Part shown: positions 36,913 through 47,809 of the stretch, in pieces
Layout: each line of letters begins with the position of its first letter
Numbering within the stretch: position 1 is the stretch's first letter
DNA from: Bacteroidia bacterium
GTDB lineage: Bacteria; Bacteroidota; Bacteroidia; CAILMK01; JBBDIG01
Direction: 5' to 3'
Assembly: GCA_040880525.1 (NCBI GenBank)
Contig: JBBDIG010000045.1
Coordinates: forward strand, 9,266 to 73,265
Length of the DNA: 64,000 nucleotides
Program-made: the position numbers and the translations under genes
The notes under the pieces: generated by a model
What the model saw: only the letters and a program-made list of their open reading frames with translations
The model's database searches: none
Told to the model about the DNA's origin: nothing

Positions 36913-38055
36913 TTATCTTCGGCTCCCTGCATACAGATCATACCGGCAAAAGCGGCACTCAATGCTTCCGTTATACAGCGGAATTTTCCGGGAGGGTTTC
37001 AGCCCAATGAACTTCAGCGCTTCCATATTCCCGCTGAGGATCAAGGCGGTATGGCCGGCAAACTTCTGCTTCAGTTGGTCCCCGATCATCTTGTAAAACC
37101 CTTCGATGTCTTCCTCTTTCAACCGCTCGCCATAGGGAGGATTTATGATGACCGTCCCTCCATCCGTCTCGGGGACAAAGTGCTCAAAAGAAGATTTCTT
37201 CAGCGCCACTTCGCGCGCGAGATGCGCCCGCTTCAGATTATCTCCGGCCTTTTGCAGCGCCATACCGGAAATATCTGCACCGGTAATTTCAGGCCCATCC
37301 TCTTTAACCTGGAGCAGCGCTTCCTTAAATAGCGTGTCCCATAATTCCGGCTCATAATCCCGCCACCGCTGAAAGCCAAACTCAGCGCGCAGCGTTCCGG
37401 GCGCAATATTATAAGCAAGCATAGCGGCTTCCGTGAGGATGGTGCCGGAACCGCACATCGGATCAGCGAAAGGTGTTGTGGCATCCCAACCGCTCAAAAG
37501 CACCAGTCCGGCTGCCAGCACCTCATTCAGCGGGGCCGGGTTCATATCCAGCCGGTAACCACGCCTGTGCAACGAGTCGCCAGAACTGTCAAGCGATACA
37601 TTGCAATGGTTTTCCTGGATATGAATATTGATCCGGACGGTTGGAGATTTAATATCCACGGAAGGACGGGTTCCTTTCATGTCGCGGATCTGGTCTACAA
37701 TCGCATCTTTAGTCTTCAGTGCCACATATTTGGAATGGGTAAACTCTCTAGAGTGTACTGCAGCATCCACTGCCAGCGTATCATCAGGGCCAAGGTGCCG
37801 AAGCCAGTTGAACTCCCGGATGCCCTTATAAAGTTGTTCCTCATTGTTGGCAATGAACGATCCTATTGGAACCAGAATGCGAAGAGCCGTCCGCAAGTGG
37901 AGGTTTGCTTTATACAGCATTGCCGTGTCTCCGGTAAAGGAAACTGCACGATTCTGCTGCACGATATCCTTAGCTCCGAGTTGCTCCAGTTCCTGCGCCA
38001 GCACAGGTTCGAGGCCAAACATTGTCTTTACCAGAAAGGGATCATTAGCCGCCAT
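36913..38055 (-). CDS. THUMP-domain rRNA methyltransferase (RlmL-like)
   Basis: GLE..LA.EL, LRTALRIL, LHRRGYR, APLNEVLAAG, DPMCGSGT, NPPYGER. Start placed at MAANDP. Confidence 0.92.
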   Translation of the reverse strand: MAANDPFLVKTMFGLEPVLAQELEQLGAKDIVQQNRAVSFTGDTAMLYKANLHLRTALRILVPIGSFIANNEEQLYKGIREFNWLRHLGPDDTLAVDAAVHSREFTHSKYVALKTKDAIVDQIRDMKGTRPSVDIKSPTVRINIHIQENHCNVSLDSSGDSLHRRGYRLDMNPAPLNEVLAAGLVLLSGWDATTPFADPMCGSGTILTEAAMLAYNIAPGTLRAEFGFQRWRDYEPELWDTLFKEALLQVKEDGPEITGADISGMALQKAGDNLKRAHLAREVALKKSSFEHFVPETDGGTVIINPPYGERLKEEDIEGFYKMIGDQLKQKFAGHTALILSGNMEALKFIGLKPSRKIPLYNGSIECRFCRYDLYAGSRR

Positions 38056-38280
38056 TTTGCATTTTATTTTTGAAATATAAAATCCGGGCAAAGATGGAAA
38101 TATGCAAGCCAAACCCTGATAACCGCCCAGCGCTTATTCTCACCGCTATTTGCAGGTAGGGTTTTTGTAAAATAGGGGTTGCGGAAATTCCTTCTCCTTT
38201 TAGTTAAAAGGTGTTAAAGAGGAAACATCATCACTATGATTCCGTATTTTACGTTACTCATTATTTGAGATCATAATCCT

Positions 38281-41200
38281 ATGAAAGATAATTATCAACT
38301 CCTGATAGAGAAGCTGGATCGCTTCATCAGAAAATATTACCTGAACCAGATCATTAAAGGCGCCATCTATGTGCTGGGCATTTCGGTGCTGCTATTCCTG
38401 CTGGTAGCCGCATTCGAATATTTCGGAGAATATTCCACTGCCGTTCGTACCGGCCTGTTTTACAGCTATCTTCTGGTGAATATCGCGATCCTTGTAAAAT
38501 ATGTGGCAATCCCCGCAGCGCACTGGATGCACTTGGGAAAAGTCCTGAGCCACGACCAGGCAGCCGCCATTGTAGGAAAGCATTTTGCGGAAGTAAAAGA
38601 TAAGCTGCTGAATACGCTGCAGTTGAAGCATCAGGCGGAGACCTTGCACGATCCTTCGCAGCAGTCTTTGATCAATGCCAGCATTGCCCAGCGGACGCGT
38701 GAGTTGCAGCCCGTTCCATTCACCAATGCCATTGACCTCCGCGGAAATACCCGCTACCTGAAATATGCCTTGATTCCTGTGGTGGCGCTACTGGCCATCC
38801 TGATAACATCCCGGAATATGCTCCTGGAGAGTACCACGCGGCTCATTAATCACCAAACCTATTATGAGCCGGTCGCTCCCTTTGAATTTGTCCTAGCCAA
38901 CGATTCCATGCAGGCGCTTCGCCAGGAGAACTTCACGGTGAAGTTGCGCCTCAAAGGCAAAGAAATTCCCAACCAGAGTTACATCGTACTTAATGGAAAC
39001 CAGTTCCGCATGACCCGCGTGGACAAGATGAATTTTGAATTTGTACTAAAAAACCTTCAGGAAGACCAAGAATTTCAGTTTGGCGCAGACGGTTTTATTT
39101 CCAGGCCGTACCAGTTAAAAGTACTGCCGAAACCTCTGCTACAGGGATTTACCCTGAGCCTGGATTACCCGGATTATGTAGGAAAAAAGGATGAGCAACT
39201 AAAAAATGTGGGAGACCTGAACATTCCTGCGGGAACCAGCGTGAGATGGGAGTTCAACACAGCATTTACCAACAACCTGAGCCTTATTTTCAGCGATACT
39301 GCCCTGGCCACCAAACGCACAGGCGAAAACGAATTCCGGTTTGATAAACGCTTTTTGAGGAATGACCAATATTTTGTGAAAGCCGATAATGAATACCTTC
39401 AAAGCAGCGATTCCATTTTATATCATGTAAATGTAATTCCGGATGCATATCCTGCTATCAATGTGCAGCAGGAGCAGGATTCATTGAGCAACAGGCAACT
39501 CTTCTTTTCCGGAGAGATTTCGGACGACTACGGCCTCACGGCCCTGCGCTTTTATTACCGCATTTTCCGTGAAGGTGATAAAGACAGCGAGCCAGAACTG
39601 CAAAGCCGCGACATCAGCTTTTCAGCCAACAAAACCATCCAGGCATTTCATCATTTCTGGGATCTGAATGAATTCGCAATAAAAGCCGGAGATGAAATAG
39701 AATACTTTTTCCAGGTATGGGATAATGATCAGGTGAATGGACGCAAATCGAGCCGGAGTACAATGATGCGCTACCAGGCCCCTACCAAAAAAGAGCTTGA
39801 GCAGAAAATGGATGAAACGAATCAGGAGATAAAAGATAAAATGCAGGCTGCCGTGCGCCAGGTTACGCAATTGCAAAAAGAAATGCAGGATGCCCGGGAG
39901 AAACTCATTAATAAAAAGAACCTGAATTGGGAAGATAAAAAGATGCTGGAGGACATCATGAAGAAGCAGGAAGAGATGCAGAAAACGATGGAAGACCTTC
40001 AGGAGCAATACAAAGAGAACACAAAGGAACAGTCCGACTATCGAGAGATGGATGAGGACCTGATGCAGAAGCATCAGCAGCTTCAGGAAATGTTTGACCA
40101 GGTGATGACAGACGAAATGAAGGAACTCTTCAGGAAGATGGAGGAACTCATGGATAAAAACATGAAGGACCAGATACAGCAGGAACTGGAAAAAATGAAC
40201 CTTCAGGATAAGGATATGGAGAAGGAACTGGACCGGATGCTGGAACTTTTCAAGGAACTGGAACTCGATCAGAAAATGCAGGATGCCATTGACAAGCTCG
40301 AAGAACTGGCCGAAAAGCAGGAGAAACTGGCTGAAGAAACTGAGAAGGCCGGAAATGAAAAGGACGATGAGAAAACGGAGGAGTTGCAAAAGGAGCAGGA
40401 GCAACTGAAAGAAGAATTTGAGGACCTGCAGGAAGACCTGAAGGAAATGAAGGAGATGAACGAGGAACTGGAACGGCCCCGCGATATGGACGATACTGAG
40501 CAGCAGGAGGACGAAATAAAACAGGAAATGCAGGAAGGCAGTGAAAAGATGGAGAAAAAGCAAAACAGCAAGGCTTCAGAAAATCAGAAGAATGCGGCTC
40601 AGAAGATGAAGAAAATGAAGGAGCAGATGGAGAGCTCGCAAAGCAGTATGGAGATGGAGGGCATGCAGGAGGATTACGAATCGCTTCGGCAAATTTTGGA
40701 GAACCTCATCAATCTGAGCATGGAGCAGGAAGGTCTGATGGAAGAGCTTGGACAGATAAGGAGATACAATCCCCAGTTTGTGGAGTTGAGCAAAAAGCAG
40801 AGCAAGCTTAAGGATGATGCCCGCCTGATAGAAGACAGCCTCCTTTCATTGAGCAAACGCGTTTTCCAGATCCAAACATTTGTGAATAAGGAAATAGGGC
40901 TGGTCAATTATAATATGGATAAAACATTGGCGGCTCTCTCGGAGCGCCAGATCCCTTCTGCCCGGAATCACCAGCAATATGTTATGACCTCGGCAAACAA
41001 TCTGGCAGTAATGCTGAGCGAAGTAATGGATCAGATGCAGCAGCAAATGGCCAGCATGATGGAAGGCAGCCAACAGTGTCAGAATCCGAAGAACATGGGT
41101 GAGGGAGGAAAACCTAAGAAAGCTGGAGGCCCCAGCATGAGCAAGATGAAACAACTGCAGGAGCAGCTTAATCAGCAATTGCAGGAGATGAAGGATGGAA

Positions 41201-41643
41201 AGACTCCGGGAGGGCAGCGTGGCATGAGCGAACAACTGGCGCGCATGGCTGCAATGCAGGAGGCAATCAGGAATGAGATCCGCAAAATGAACGAGAAAAA
41301 GGGCAAGGATGGAAAGCCCGGCAGCGAACTTCAGGAATTGCAAAAGATGATGGAAGAAACGGAAAAAGATCTGGTAAATAAACGCCTTAGCAATGAGATG
41401 CTGAACCGCCAGAAAGACATCATGGTGAAACTTCTGGATGCTGAAAAGGCCGAACGCCAGCAGGAATTTGAGGAAAAGCGTGAATCAAAAACGGCAGACC
41501 AGATTGCACAAACCCAGCAACGCGCTCTCGAGGAATACAAGCAGCGCAAACTCAGGGAGGTGGAACTTCTTCAAACCGTACCGCCTGCGCTCAATGGCTA
41601 TTATCGGCTGAAGGTGCGGGAGTATTTCCAGGAGATTAAGTAA
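38281..41643 (+). CDS. DUF4175-family membrane-anchored coiled-coil protein
   Basis: KLD.FIRKYY.N, DKLLNTLQL, DDYGL, VWDND..NG.KS, long E/Q/K coiled coil, YY..KV.EYF end. Confidence 0.85.
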   Translation: MKDNYQLLIEKLDRFIRKYYLNQIIKGAIYVLGISVLLFLLVAAFEYFGEYSTAVRTGLFYSYLLVNIAILVKYVAIPAAHWMHLGKVLSHDQAAAIVGKHFAEVKDKLLNTLQLKHQAETLHDPSQQSLINASIAQRTRELQPVPFTNAIDLRGNTRYLKYALIPVVALLAILITSRNMLLESTTRLINHQTYYEPVAPFEFVLANDSMQALRQENFTVKLRLKGKEIPNQSYIVLNGNQFRMTRVDKMNFEFVLKNLQEDQEFQFGADGFISRPYQLKVLPKPLLQGFTLSLDYPDYVGKKDEQLKNVGDLNIPAGTSVRWEFNTAFTNNLSLIFSDTALATKRTGENEFRFDKRFLRNDQYFVKADNEYLQSSDSILYHVNVIPDAYPAINVQQEQDSLSNRQLFFSGEISDDYGLTALRFYYRIFREGDKDSEPELQSRDISFSANKTIQAFHHFWDLNEFAIKAGDEIEYFFQVWDNDQVNGRKSSRSTMMRYQAPTKKELEQKMDETNQEIKDKMQAAVRQVTQLQKEMQDAREKLINKKNLNWEDKKMLEDIMKKQEEMQKTMEDLQEQYKENTKEQSDYREMDEDLMQKHQQLQEMFDQVMTDEMKELFRKMEELMDKNMKDQIQQELEKMNLQDKDMEKELDRMLELFKELELDQKMQDAIDKLEELAEKQEKLAEETEKAGNEKDDEKTEELQKEQEQLKEEFEDLQEDLKEMKEMNEELERPRDMDDTEQQEDEIKQEMQEGSEKMEKKQNSKASENQKNAAQKMKKMKEQMESSQSSMEMEGMQEDYESLRQILENLINLSMEQEGLMEELGQIRRYNPQFVELSKKQSKLKDDARLIEDSLLSLSKRVFQIQTFVNKEIGLVNYNMDKTLAALSERQIPSARNHQQYVMTSANNLAVMLSEVMDQMQQQMASMMEGSQQCQNPKNMGEGGKPKKAGGPSMSKMKQLQEQLNQQLQEMKDGKTPGGQRGMSEQLARMAAMQEAIRNEIRKMNEKKGKDGKPGSELQELQKMMEETEKDLVNKRLSNEMLNRQKDIMVKLLDAEKAERQQEFEEKRESKTADQIAQTQQRALEEYKQRKLREVELLQTVPPALNGYYRLKVREYFQEIK

Positions 41644-41873
41644 TAAGATAATTCCCGTAATTGACGAAAACAGAGAATTCGGACGGGCCGTATTCCCCAG
41701 TTTATAAAAAATTAAGTTAATCCGGATTTAATCCCTGAATATTTAAATTTTAATATTAACCGGACACCCGCGCATTTGTGCCACCTTGCACCTGCTGCAC
41801 CTTCATTGAATATCTAAAAGAATATGGCAAATTTGCCGTTCTACCCATTTTTCACAATCCAGCTCACATCTCC

Positions 41874-43988
41874 TTGGACTTCAGCCTGAAATTAGAATAC
41901 CCTGCTTACTTCATCATTTTCTGCTTAATAGCCGGGGCGGGGATTGCTTTCCTAACTTATCACAATAGCCAGTTCAGCAAAAATGGCATGTGGAAATATC
42001 CCACCTTCCTGCTGATCCTGTTGCGCTTCCTCAGCGTAACGATGCTGACCATATTCCTTCTTTCGCCTTTTATCAGAACCGCCTTCAAGAGTGTTGAGGA
42101 ACCTGTAATTGCGGTGGCAATAGACAACAGCCAATCCATTCTGCTGAATAAGGATTCACTGGAATACAAGCAACAATTGAGGCAGCGTATCACCGAAGTG
42201 GCCGGGGCATTGGGGCAAGACTACAAGGTGGATATCTATACTTTCGGAGACCGGGCCACTCCGGGCGATGACCTTGACTTTTCCGAACCGGCCACCAATT
42301 ATTCGCAATTGTTCCGGGAAATGCAGGACCGCTATACCAATCAGAATTTGGGTGCGGTAATACTCGCCACGGACGGCATCTATAATCAAGGTGTGAATCC
42401 GCTTTTTTCATCCCGGCCCAACGTGCCCATTTATACGCTGGCACTTGGCGATACAATTCCTCCGCGCGATCTCGTGCTCCGCGATGTGCGGCACAATGAC
42501 ATTGTTTACCAGGGAAATGAATTTCCGATCCAGATCGAAACAGGGGCCACGGAACTGGCTGGAGCCAACGCTACGCTCACCATTACGCACGAGGGCAAAA
42601 CAGTCCACAGCAGCCAATTTGAAATAGAAGATGATGATTTCAGAATAGAAGAAAATGTCTTTCTTCAGGCAAATGAGCCGGGCGTGCAGAAATACACCCT
42701 GAGGTTGACACCACAGGAAGGTGAGATCAGTTTGCGCAACAATAGCCAGGATATCTTCATAGAAGTGCTGGACAGCCGGAAAGCCATCCTGTTGCTGGCC
42801 GCTGCACCGCATCCTGACATTGCAGCGCTCAGAAAACTCATAGCCGTGAATGAGCGCTATGAAGTGGAAACTGCGGTGCTGCGCGATTTTATGCAGGCGG
42901 GGCCAGTCTCGGCTGAATCGCTGGGGAAATACCACATGGTAATCCTTCACCAGCTTCCTGACGGAGGCGCAGAAGGCCAGCGCCTTATCTCCATGCTGAA
43001 TGAAGAGAAGGTTCCTATGCTGCTCGTACTCGGTACAAAAACGAATTTCGGACAGTTGAATAATCTCGATCTCGGAATAGAAATATCGCCAGGCGGACGA
43101 AGCACCAACGAAGTTTTGCCCAGAATAAATGATGATTTCGATCTGTTTATGCTGTCAAGAGAATCGGTTTCCTTAATCCGGGACATGCCTCCCCTCATCA
43201 GCACGTATGGTAATTATCGCTTTACAGGAGATAACCAGGTGTTGCTGCATCAGCAAATTGGCCAGGTGGAAACAGCCTTGCCTTTAATGGCGTTTATGCC
43301 GGCAGGGACAGCAAAGACAGGCGTTATTGCGGGTGAAGGAATATGGCGCTGGTATCTTCATAATTTTCTGGAAACAGGCAATCATAAAGCGATGGAGGAA
43401 TTGCTGAGCAAAACCATCCAATATCTTTCGCTGAGAGCTGATAAACGCTTCTTCAGGTTACAACCCGCGAAGAATATATTCTTTGAGAATGAAGCCGTGC
43501 GGTTTGAAGCCGAGGTTTACAATCAATCCTATGAGCCTGTTCAGGATGCCCAGGTGAGGTTGACACTCCGCGACACTGCCGGTAATGAATACAATTATGC
43601 ATTTGTCCCTGCCCGGAACCGCTATTCCCTGAATGCGGGTTATCTGCCTGCAGGAAGTTATGATTATACAGGTTCAGTCAATGTTGGGAATCAGAGCTAT
43701 AGCCTGAGTGGACAGATCGTGGTAAAATCAACAGGGCTGGAATATCTGCAAACCGTAGCCAACCACCGGCTCCTCTTTGGCCTTTCTGAAGAAAGCGGAG
43801 GTAACATATTCTGGCCGGGGCAGGAGCAGCAATTGCTGGAAGCGATTCAACAGCGCGAAGACCTAGCAGCCATCAGCTATGTACAGTTCGACCTGCGGGA
43901 GCTCATCAACCTCAAGGTATTCTTCTTTATTCTCCTCCTGCTATTGGCTGCTGAATGGTTTCTCAGGAAGTATTATGGAAGCTATTAA
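41874..43988 (+). CDS. vWA-domain membrane protein
   Basis: MIDAS DNSQS, ATDG.YNQG, PHPDI.AL, EGIWRW, EWFLRKYYG. TTG start inferred. Confidence 0.82.
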   Translation: MDFSLKLEYPAYFIIFCLIAGAGIAFLTYHNSQFSKNGMWKYPTFLLILLRFLSVTMLTIFLLSPFIRTAFKSVEEPVIAVAIDNSQSILLNKDSLEYKQQLRQRITEVAGALGQDYKVDIYTFGDRATPGDDLDFSEPATNYSQLFREMQDRYTNQNLGAVILATDGIYNQGVNPLFSSRPNVPIYTLALGDTIPPRDLVLRDVRHNDIVYQGNEFPIQIETGATELAGANATLTITHEGKTVHSSQFEIEDDDFRIEENVFLQANEPGVQKYTLRLTPQEGEISLRNNSQDIFIEVLDSRKAILLLAAAPHPDIAALRKLIAVNERYEVETAVLRDFMQAGPVSAESLGKYHMVILHQLPDGGAEGQRLISMLNEEKVPMLLVLGTKTNFGQLNNLDLGIEISPGGRSTNEVLPRINDDFDLFMLSRESVSLIRDMPPLISTYGNYRFTGDNQVLLHQQIGQVETALPLMAFMPAGTAKTGVIAGEGIWRWYLHNFLETGNHKAMEELLSKTIQYLSLRADKRFFRLQPAKNIFFENEAVRFEAEVYNQSYEPVQDAQVRLTLRDTAGNEYNYAFVPARNRYSLNAGYLPAGSYDYTGSVNVGNQSYSLSGQIVVKSTGLEYLQTVANHRLLFGLSEESGGNIFWPGQEQQLLEAIQQREDLAAISYVQFDLRELINLKVFFFILLLLLAAEWFLRKYYGSY

Positions 43989-46900
43989 GCCAAAAAAATA
44001 TGATAGCCGGGTTTTACATGAATCCCTGAAAACACGGATCCGGCAAGGCAACCTGAGCCTTATTTTTACGCTTCGTCTGTTCCTCTTTCCGCTTGCGGTA
44101 TTACTTCCTGTAACTGCCTGGTCACAAATTGCCAATTCCGTATTCGAAAAAAACCGGCTGCAATACAAGCAACTGGAATGGAACTTCTTGCCAGGCGAGC
44201 GATTTGATATTTACTTTACAGAAGGGGGCGAGCACCTGGCCAAATATGCAATGCAGGAAGTTCCTGTTCAATTGGAAGAAGCGCAAGTACTATTCGATTA
44301 TCGCACGGTGAATAAGTTCCGGATTCTTATTTATAATTCCTATGCTGAATTTGAGCAAACCAATCTTTTTCCAAGATGGGAAGATGACAACATAGGCGGA
44401 TACATTGATATGGAAGTGCTGAAAGGCGTGGTTTACTTTACCGGAAATCATGAAGAATTCAGAATACAACTCAAGGCTGTAGTAGCGCGTATGGTGCTGA
44501 ACGACTGGCTTTATGGCGGCAGCATTCAGGATATTCTGCAGAATTCCACGCTCATTAATCTGCCGGATTGGTATGTGAACGGGCTGGTACAATTTGCTGC
44601 GGAAGGCTGGCCGGTTCAAAAGGATGTGCAGTTGAAAGAAGGCATCCTGTCAGGCAGATTCAAGGATTTCAATAGGTTGCGGCCGCACGAGCAGGACCTT
44701 GTGGGCCAGTCTCTTTGGAACTATCTGGCGCAGCAGTACGGCCTGCAGCAAGTAGCCGGCATCCTTTATTATATGAGGACGAATAAGAATATGGAAGCCG
44801 GTTTTGTCTTTGAAATAGGAAAACGACTTGAATCCCTTTACAACGAATGGTACCTGCACAATCAATGGCAATACCGGAAATATCCTGAGATAGAAATGCC
44901 ACGGGAAACGGCTCTTCCCCAGCGCTTCAATAAACTGAATGTAGAAGCAGTGCGGGCTCATCCCACAGAAGAAGTGGTAGCATTTACAGTCAACCATCAT
45001 GGCGCGCTGGAAGTGTGGCTTATGGACTTCAGGATGCGCCATTTTGAACGAATATTTAAAAGCGGCTTCAGGATTAAGTCCAGCTATGAACCGGCCGTTT
45101 TACCGGCCATGGATTGGAACCCGGACGGATCAAGGCTATCAATCACATACCTGGAAAAAGGGAAACCCGCCCTGGTTAATTATGATTTCACTCAAAAAAA
45201 ATTACAAAAGGATAAAGAAGCGCTGACAGGGCTGGATCAGGTCCTTTCTGTTTGTTACCTGCCGGCTGGCGACCAACTGATGATGAGCGCCATCAGCCAG
45301 GGACAGAGCGACCTGTTTATCTATGACATGGCTTTCAGGGAATTGACGCGGATCACCAACGATATTTATGATGATCTCCAGCCTGCTGTGAATTCTGACG
45401 GGCGGGTGCTCTTTTTATCGAATCGTAAAGAAGAGCAATCTGCGGAAGGTGAAGATTCGCTTCAGTTTACAGCGCTGAATATTTTTGAGCTTTTAGTAAA
45501 TGATGAAGAACCGGAAATTCACCGGGTAGCTTTTCACGGACCGCAAGACGTGCAACAGCTTCGCTGGATCTCCGATTCTACGGTGGCGTATATTACGAGT
45601 GAAAGCGGAATCAGGAATCGCAACATTGCCATTCTCCCGTCCTTCGGCAGTACAGCGGATACGGCTGCCATCATCCGGCAAACCAACTACAGCAGCAACA
45701 TCAAGAACCATGATGTGGATGAAAGCAATCAGGTTTTCTACGACCTGTGGCGCAACGATGCCGGATATTACATCTCTTCCTCGCAGGTGCCTGAGTTTCC
45801 TTTGCAAACCACCATCAGGCGAAAGTTGACCCCACTTGCCTCAGAACCGGTTTCTCCTGAGCAATTTATGCCGGAAAAAACAGTATTAGACAGCGGCATT
45901 ATTGATTCCTCCGCGATTGATACGCCTGCCGCTGCTTCGGACGTCTATTTTCAAACCCGGTTTCTCTGGACAGAACAACAATGGAAGGAATACATGCGGC
46001 AAAGGGCAGAAAATCCCAGGCAGGAAACCCCGCCTGTTCCTATGGGAACAACTGATTATTCGCTGACTTTCTCGCCTCTTTATTTGCTTTTGCAGGTAAA
46101 TAACAGCGTCTTCTACAACCGGTACATCACTTTTCTGGGCAGGCGGGACTTCCTGTATGACCGGCCATGGGATATGCTGATGGAATTTGCGCTCACTGAT
46201 GTTCCCGGCAACCACCGCATTGCCGGAGGTGTGCGCATCGCGGCTGATTTTAATGAACTGGATTATTTTATGGATTATGCCTACCTCAAGGGCCGGCTTG
46301 ACAAAACCCTGAGTTTTCTCAGAAAAACCGAAAAGCTGGCCACACAGGAATTGGCAACCAAAGAAACCCTGCAGGAACTCCGCCTGACGCTGGACTATCC
46401 GCTCAACAGGATCATGAATTTACAGGCCGCTCCTTTTTTCCGTCTGGATCGTACCATTCCAAGAACTACCGGACCAGCCTCTGCGGAAGCTCCTATCGTG
46501 TCCCGCGCTTTTGCCGGAACCCGTTTTCAGTTTGCCTATAATAATGCTTATCCCCGCGCCCTGAATTTATATGAAGGTATACGATTCAGGGCATGGACCG
46601 ATATTTTTCAAGGACTGAATGCGGACAACGGTATTTTGGCAGTGCCGGGTTTTGAAGTAAGAACTTATTTCACACTTCCGGCCAGCATATCCTGGGCATC
46701 GCGGCTTACAATGGAAACTTCGCTGGGCAGGCAGCGGGTGGCATTTTACCTGGGAGGTATAGATAACTGGCTCTATCCGAGTTTTAATAGAGACATCGGA
46801 ACGGATGAAGACGAGGAATATCTTTTTAAAGTCCTGGCCCCCACTCTGCGGGGTTTTGAGCAAAACATCAGGAACGGAAGCTCCTATGGTGTATTAAATA

Positions 46901-47238
46901 CCGAGTTGCGATTTCCGGTTTTTAAGATGCTCAATGCCAAACCCATCCGGTCAGAGTTTACGGAGAATTTTCAGGTGGTACTTTTTGGAGATGCGGGTAC
47001 AGCATGGTCCGGGGATGAAATATTGCGCGGCAGCTACCTGGTTCCATTGCCTTCTCTCGATTTGCCTCCGCTCTACGCCACAGTAGATGCTATTCGACAG
47101 CCCATCGTGCAGGGAGTGGGTTTCGGTTTTCGCAGTATTTTGCTCGGCTACTTCGTAAAAGCTGATCTCGCATGGGGTATAGAAGACGGACTTTTCCAGG
47201 AAAGGATTTTATATATTTCGCTGGGCCTGGATTTTTAG
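43975..47238 (+). CDS. Omp85-superfamily protein with TolB/WD40-like propeller
   Basis: KNRLQYK...W, LPDWY.NGL, WNPDG, SDLF.YD...RITND.YDD, LRGF, FGDAG, C-terminal SLGLDF. Start uncertain. Confidence 0.8.
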   Translation: MEAIKPKKYDSRVLHESLKTRIRQGNLSLIFTLRLFLFPLAVLLPVTAWSQIANSVFEKNRLQYKQLEWNFLPGERFDIYFTEGGEHLAKYAMQEVPVQLEEAQVLFDYRTVNKFRILIYNSYAEFEQTNLFPRWEDDNIGGYIDMEVLKGVVYFTGNHEEFRIQLKAVVARMVLNDWLYGGSIQDILQNSTLINLPDWYVNGLVQFAAEGWPVQKDVQLKEGILSGRFKDFNRLRPHEQDLVGQSLWNYLAQQYGLQQVAGILYYMRTNKNMEAGFVFEIGKRLESLYNEWYLHNQWQYRKYPEIEMPRETALPQRFNKLNVEAVRAHPTEEVVAFTVNHHGALEVWLMDFRMRHFERIFKSGFRIKSSYEPAVLPAMDWNPDGSRLSITYLEKGKPALVNYDFTQKKLQKDKEALTGLDQVLSVCYLPAGDQLMMSAISQGQSDLFIYDMAFRELTRITNDIYDDLQPAVNSDGRVLFLSNRKEEQSAEGEDSLQFTALNIFELLVNDEEPEIHRVAFHGPQDVQQLRWISDSTVAYITSESGIRNRNIAILPSFGSTADTAAIIRQTNYSSNIKNHDVDESNQVFYDLWRNDAGYYISSSQVPEFPLQTTIRRKLTPLASEPVSPEQFMPEKTVLDSGIIDSSAIDTPAAASDVYFQTRFLWTEQQWKEYMRQRAENPRQETPPVPMGTTDYSLTFSPLYLLLQVNNSVFYNRYITFLGRRDFLYDRPWDMLMEFALTDVPGNHRIAGGVRIAADFNELDYFMDYAYLKGRLDKTLSFLRKTEKLATQELATKETLQELRLTLDYPLNRIMNLQAAPFFRLDRTIPRTTGPASAEAPIVSRAFAGTRFQFAYNNAYPRALNLYEGIRFRAWTDIFQGLNADNGILAVPGFEVRTYFTLPASISWASRLTMETSLGRQRVAFYLGGIDNWLYPSFNRDIGTDEDEEYLFKVLAPTLRGFEQNIRNGSSYGVLNTELRFPVFKMLNAKPIRSEFTENFQVVLFGDAGTAWSGDEILRGSYLVPLPSLDLPPLYATVDAIRQPIVQGVGFGFRSILLGYFVKADLAWGIEDGLFQERILYISLGLDF

Positions 47239-47278
47239 GAAGAAAGAAATTTGGGGTTACAGCCACTTTGGGGCTGCC

Positions 47279-47809
47279 TTAAAATTTTGAAAATCCCAGT
47301 TGCCCGCCCTGCTTGGGCGTAGACAGTTCTTCTTTCAACTGTAACATTTGCAGAGCCGCCAAAGCAGCTTCCTCGCCTTTGTTGCCGTGCTTCCCGCCTG
47401 CCCGCTCTGTCGCCTGCTCCATAGTATCTACCGTCAGGACGCCAAAAATAAACGGCTTGTTGTGGACACTGCTGAGTTGCATTATGTGATTGGCGACAGC
47501 ATCGCAGATATAGTGGAAATGAGGCGTTTCGCCTTTAACGACACAGCCAATGCAGATCACTGCATCAGCCTTCGCAAATTTGGAAAGATAATACGCTCCG
47601 AGCGGAAGCTCAAAAGAACCGGGTACACTTCTTTTCGTGATATTGGCTTCAGGAATGCCAAATTCGGAAAGGATTTTTTCCGCTCCCGTAACCAGGGAAT
47701 TAATGATTTCCTCGTGCCATTGAGCGTAGACGATCCCGAATTTTTTTTCCTTTATTTTCGGAAGTAAACCAGAAGGAGAGAAAGAGCCGGATTGTCCTGC
47801 AGTACTCAT
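47279..47809 (-). CDS. ribH: 6,7-dimethyl-8-ribityllumazine synthase
   Basis: VPGSFELP, GCVVKGETPHF, FGVLT, ERAGGKHGNKG.EAA. Confidence 0.97.
   Translation of the reverse strand: MSTAGQSGSFSPSGLLPKIKEKKFGIVYAQWHEEIINSLVTGAEKILSEFGIPEANITKRSVPGSFELPLGAYYLSKFAKADAVICIGCVVKGETPHFHYICDAVANHIMQLSSVHNKPFIFGVLTVDTMEQATERAGGKHGNKGEEAALAALQMLQLKEELSTPKQGGQLGFSKF

Noticed and set aside
39622-41343. Long antisense ORFs (313, 165 and 100 aa)
   Set aside because: Shadows of the low-complexity E/Q/K coiled coil of the DUF4175 gene.
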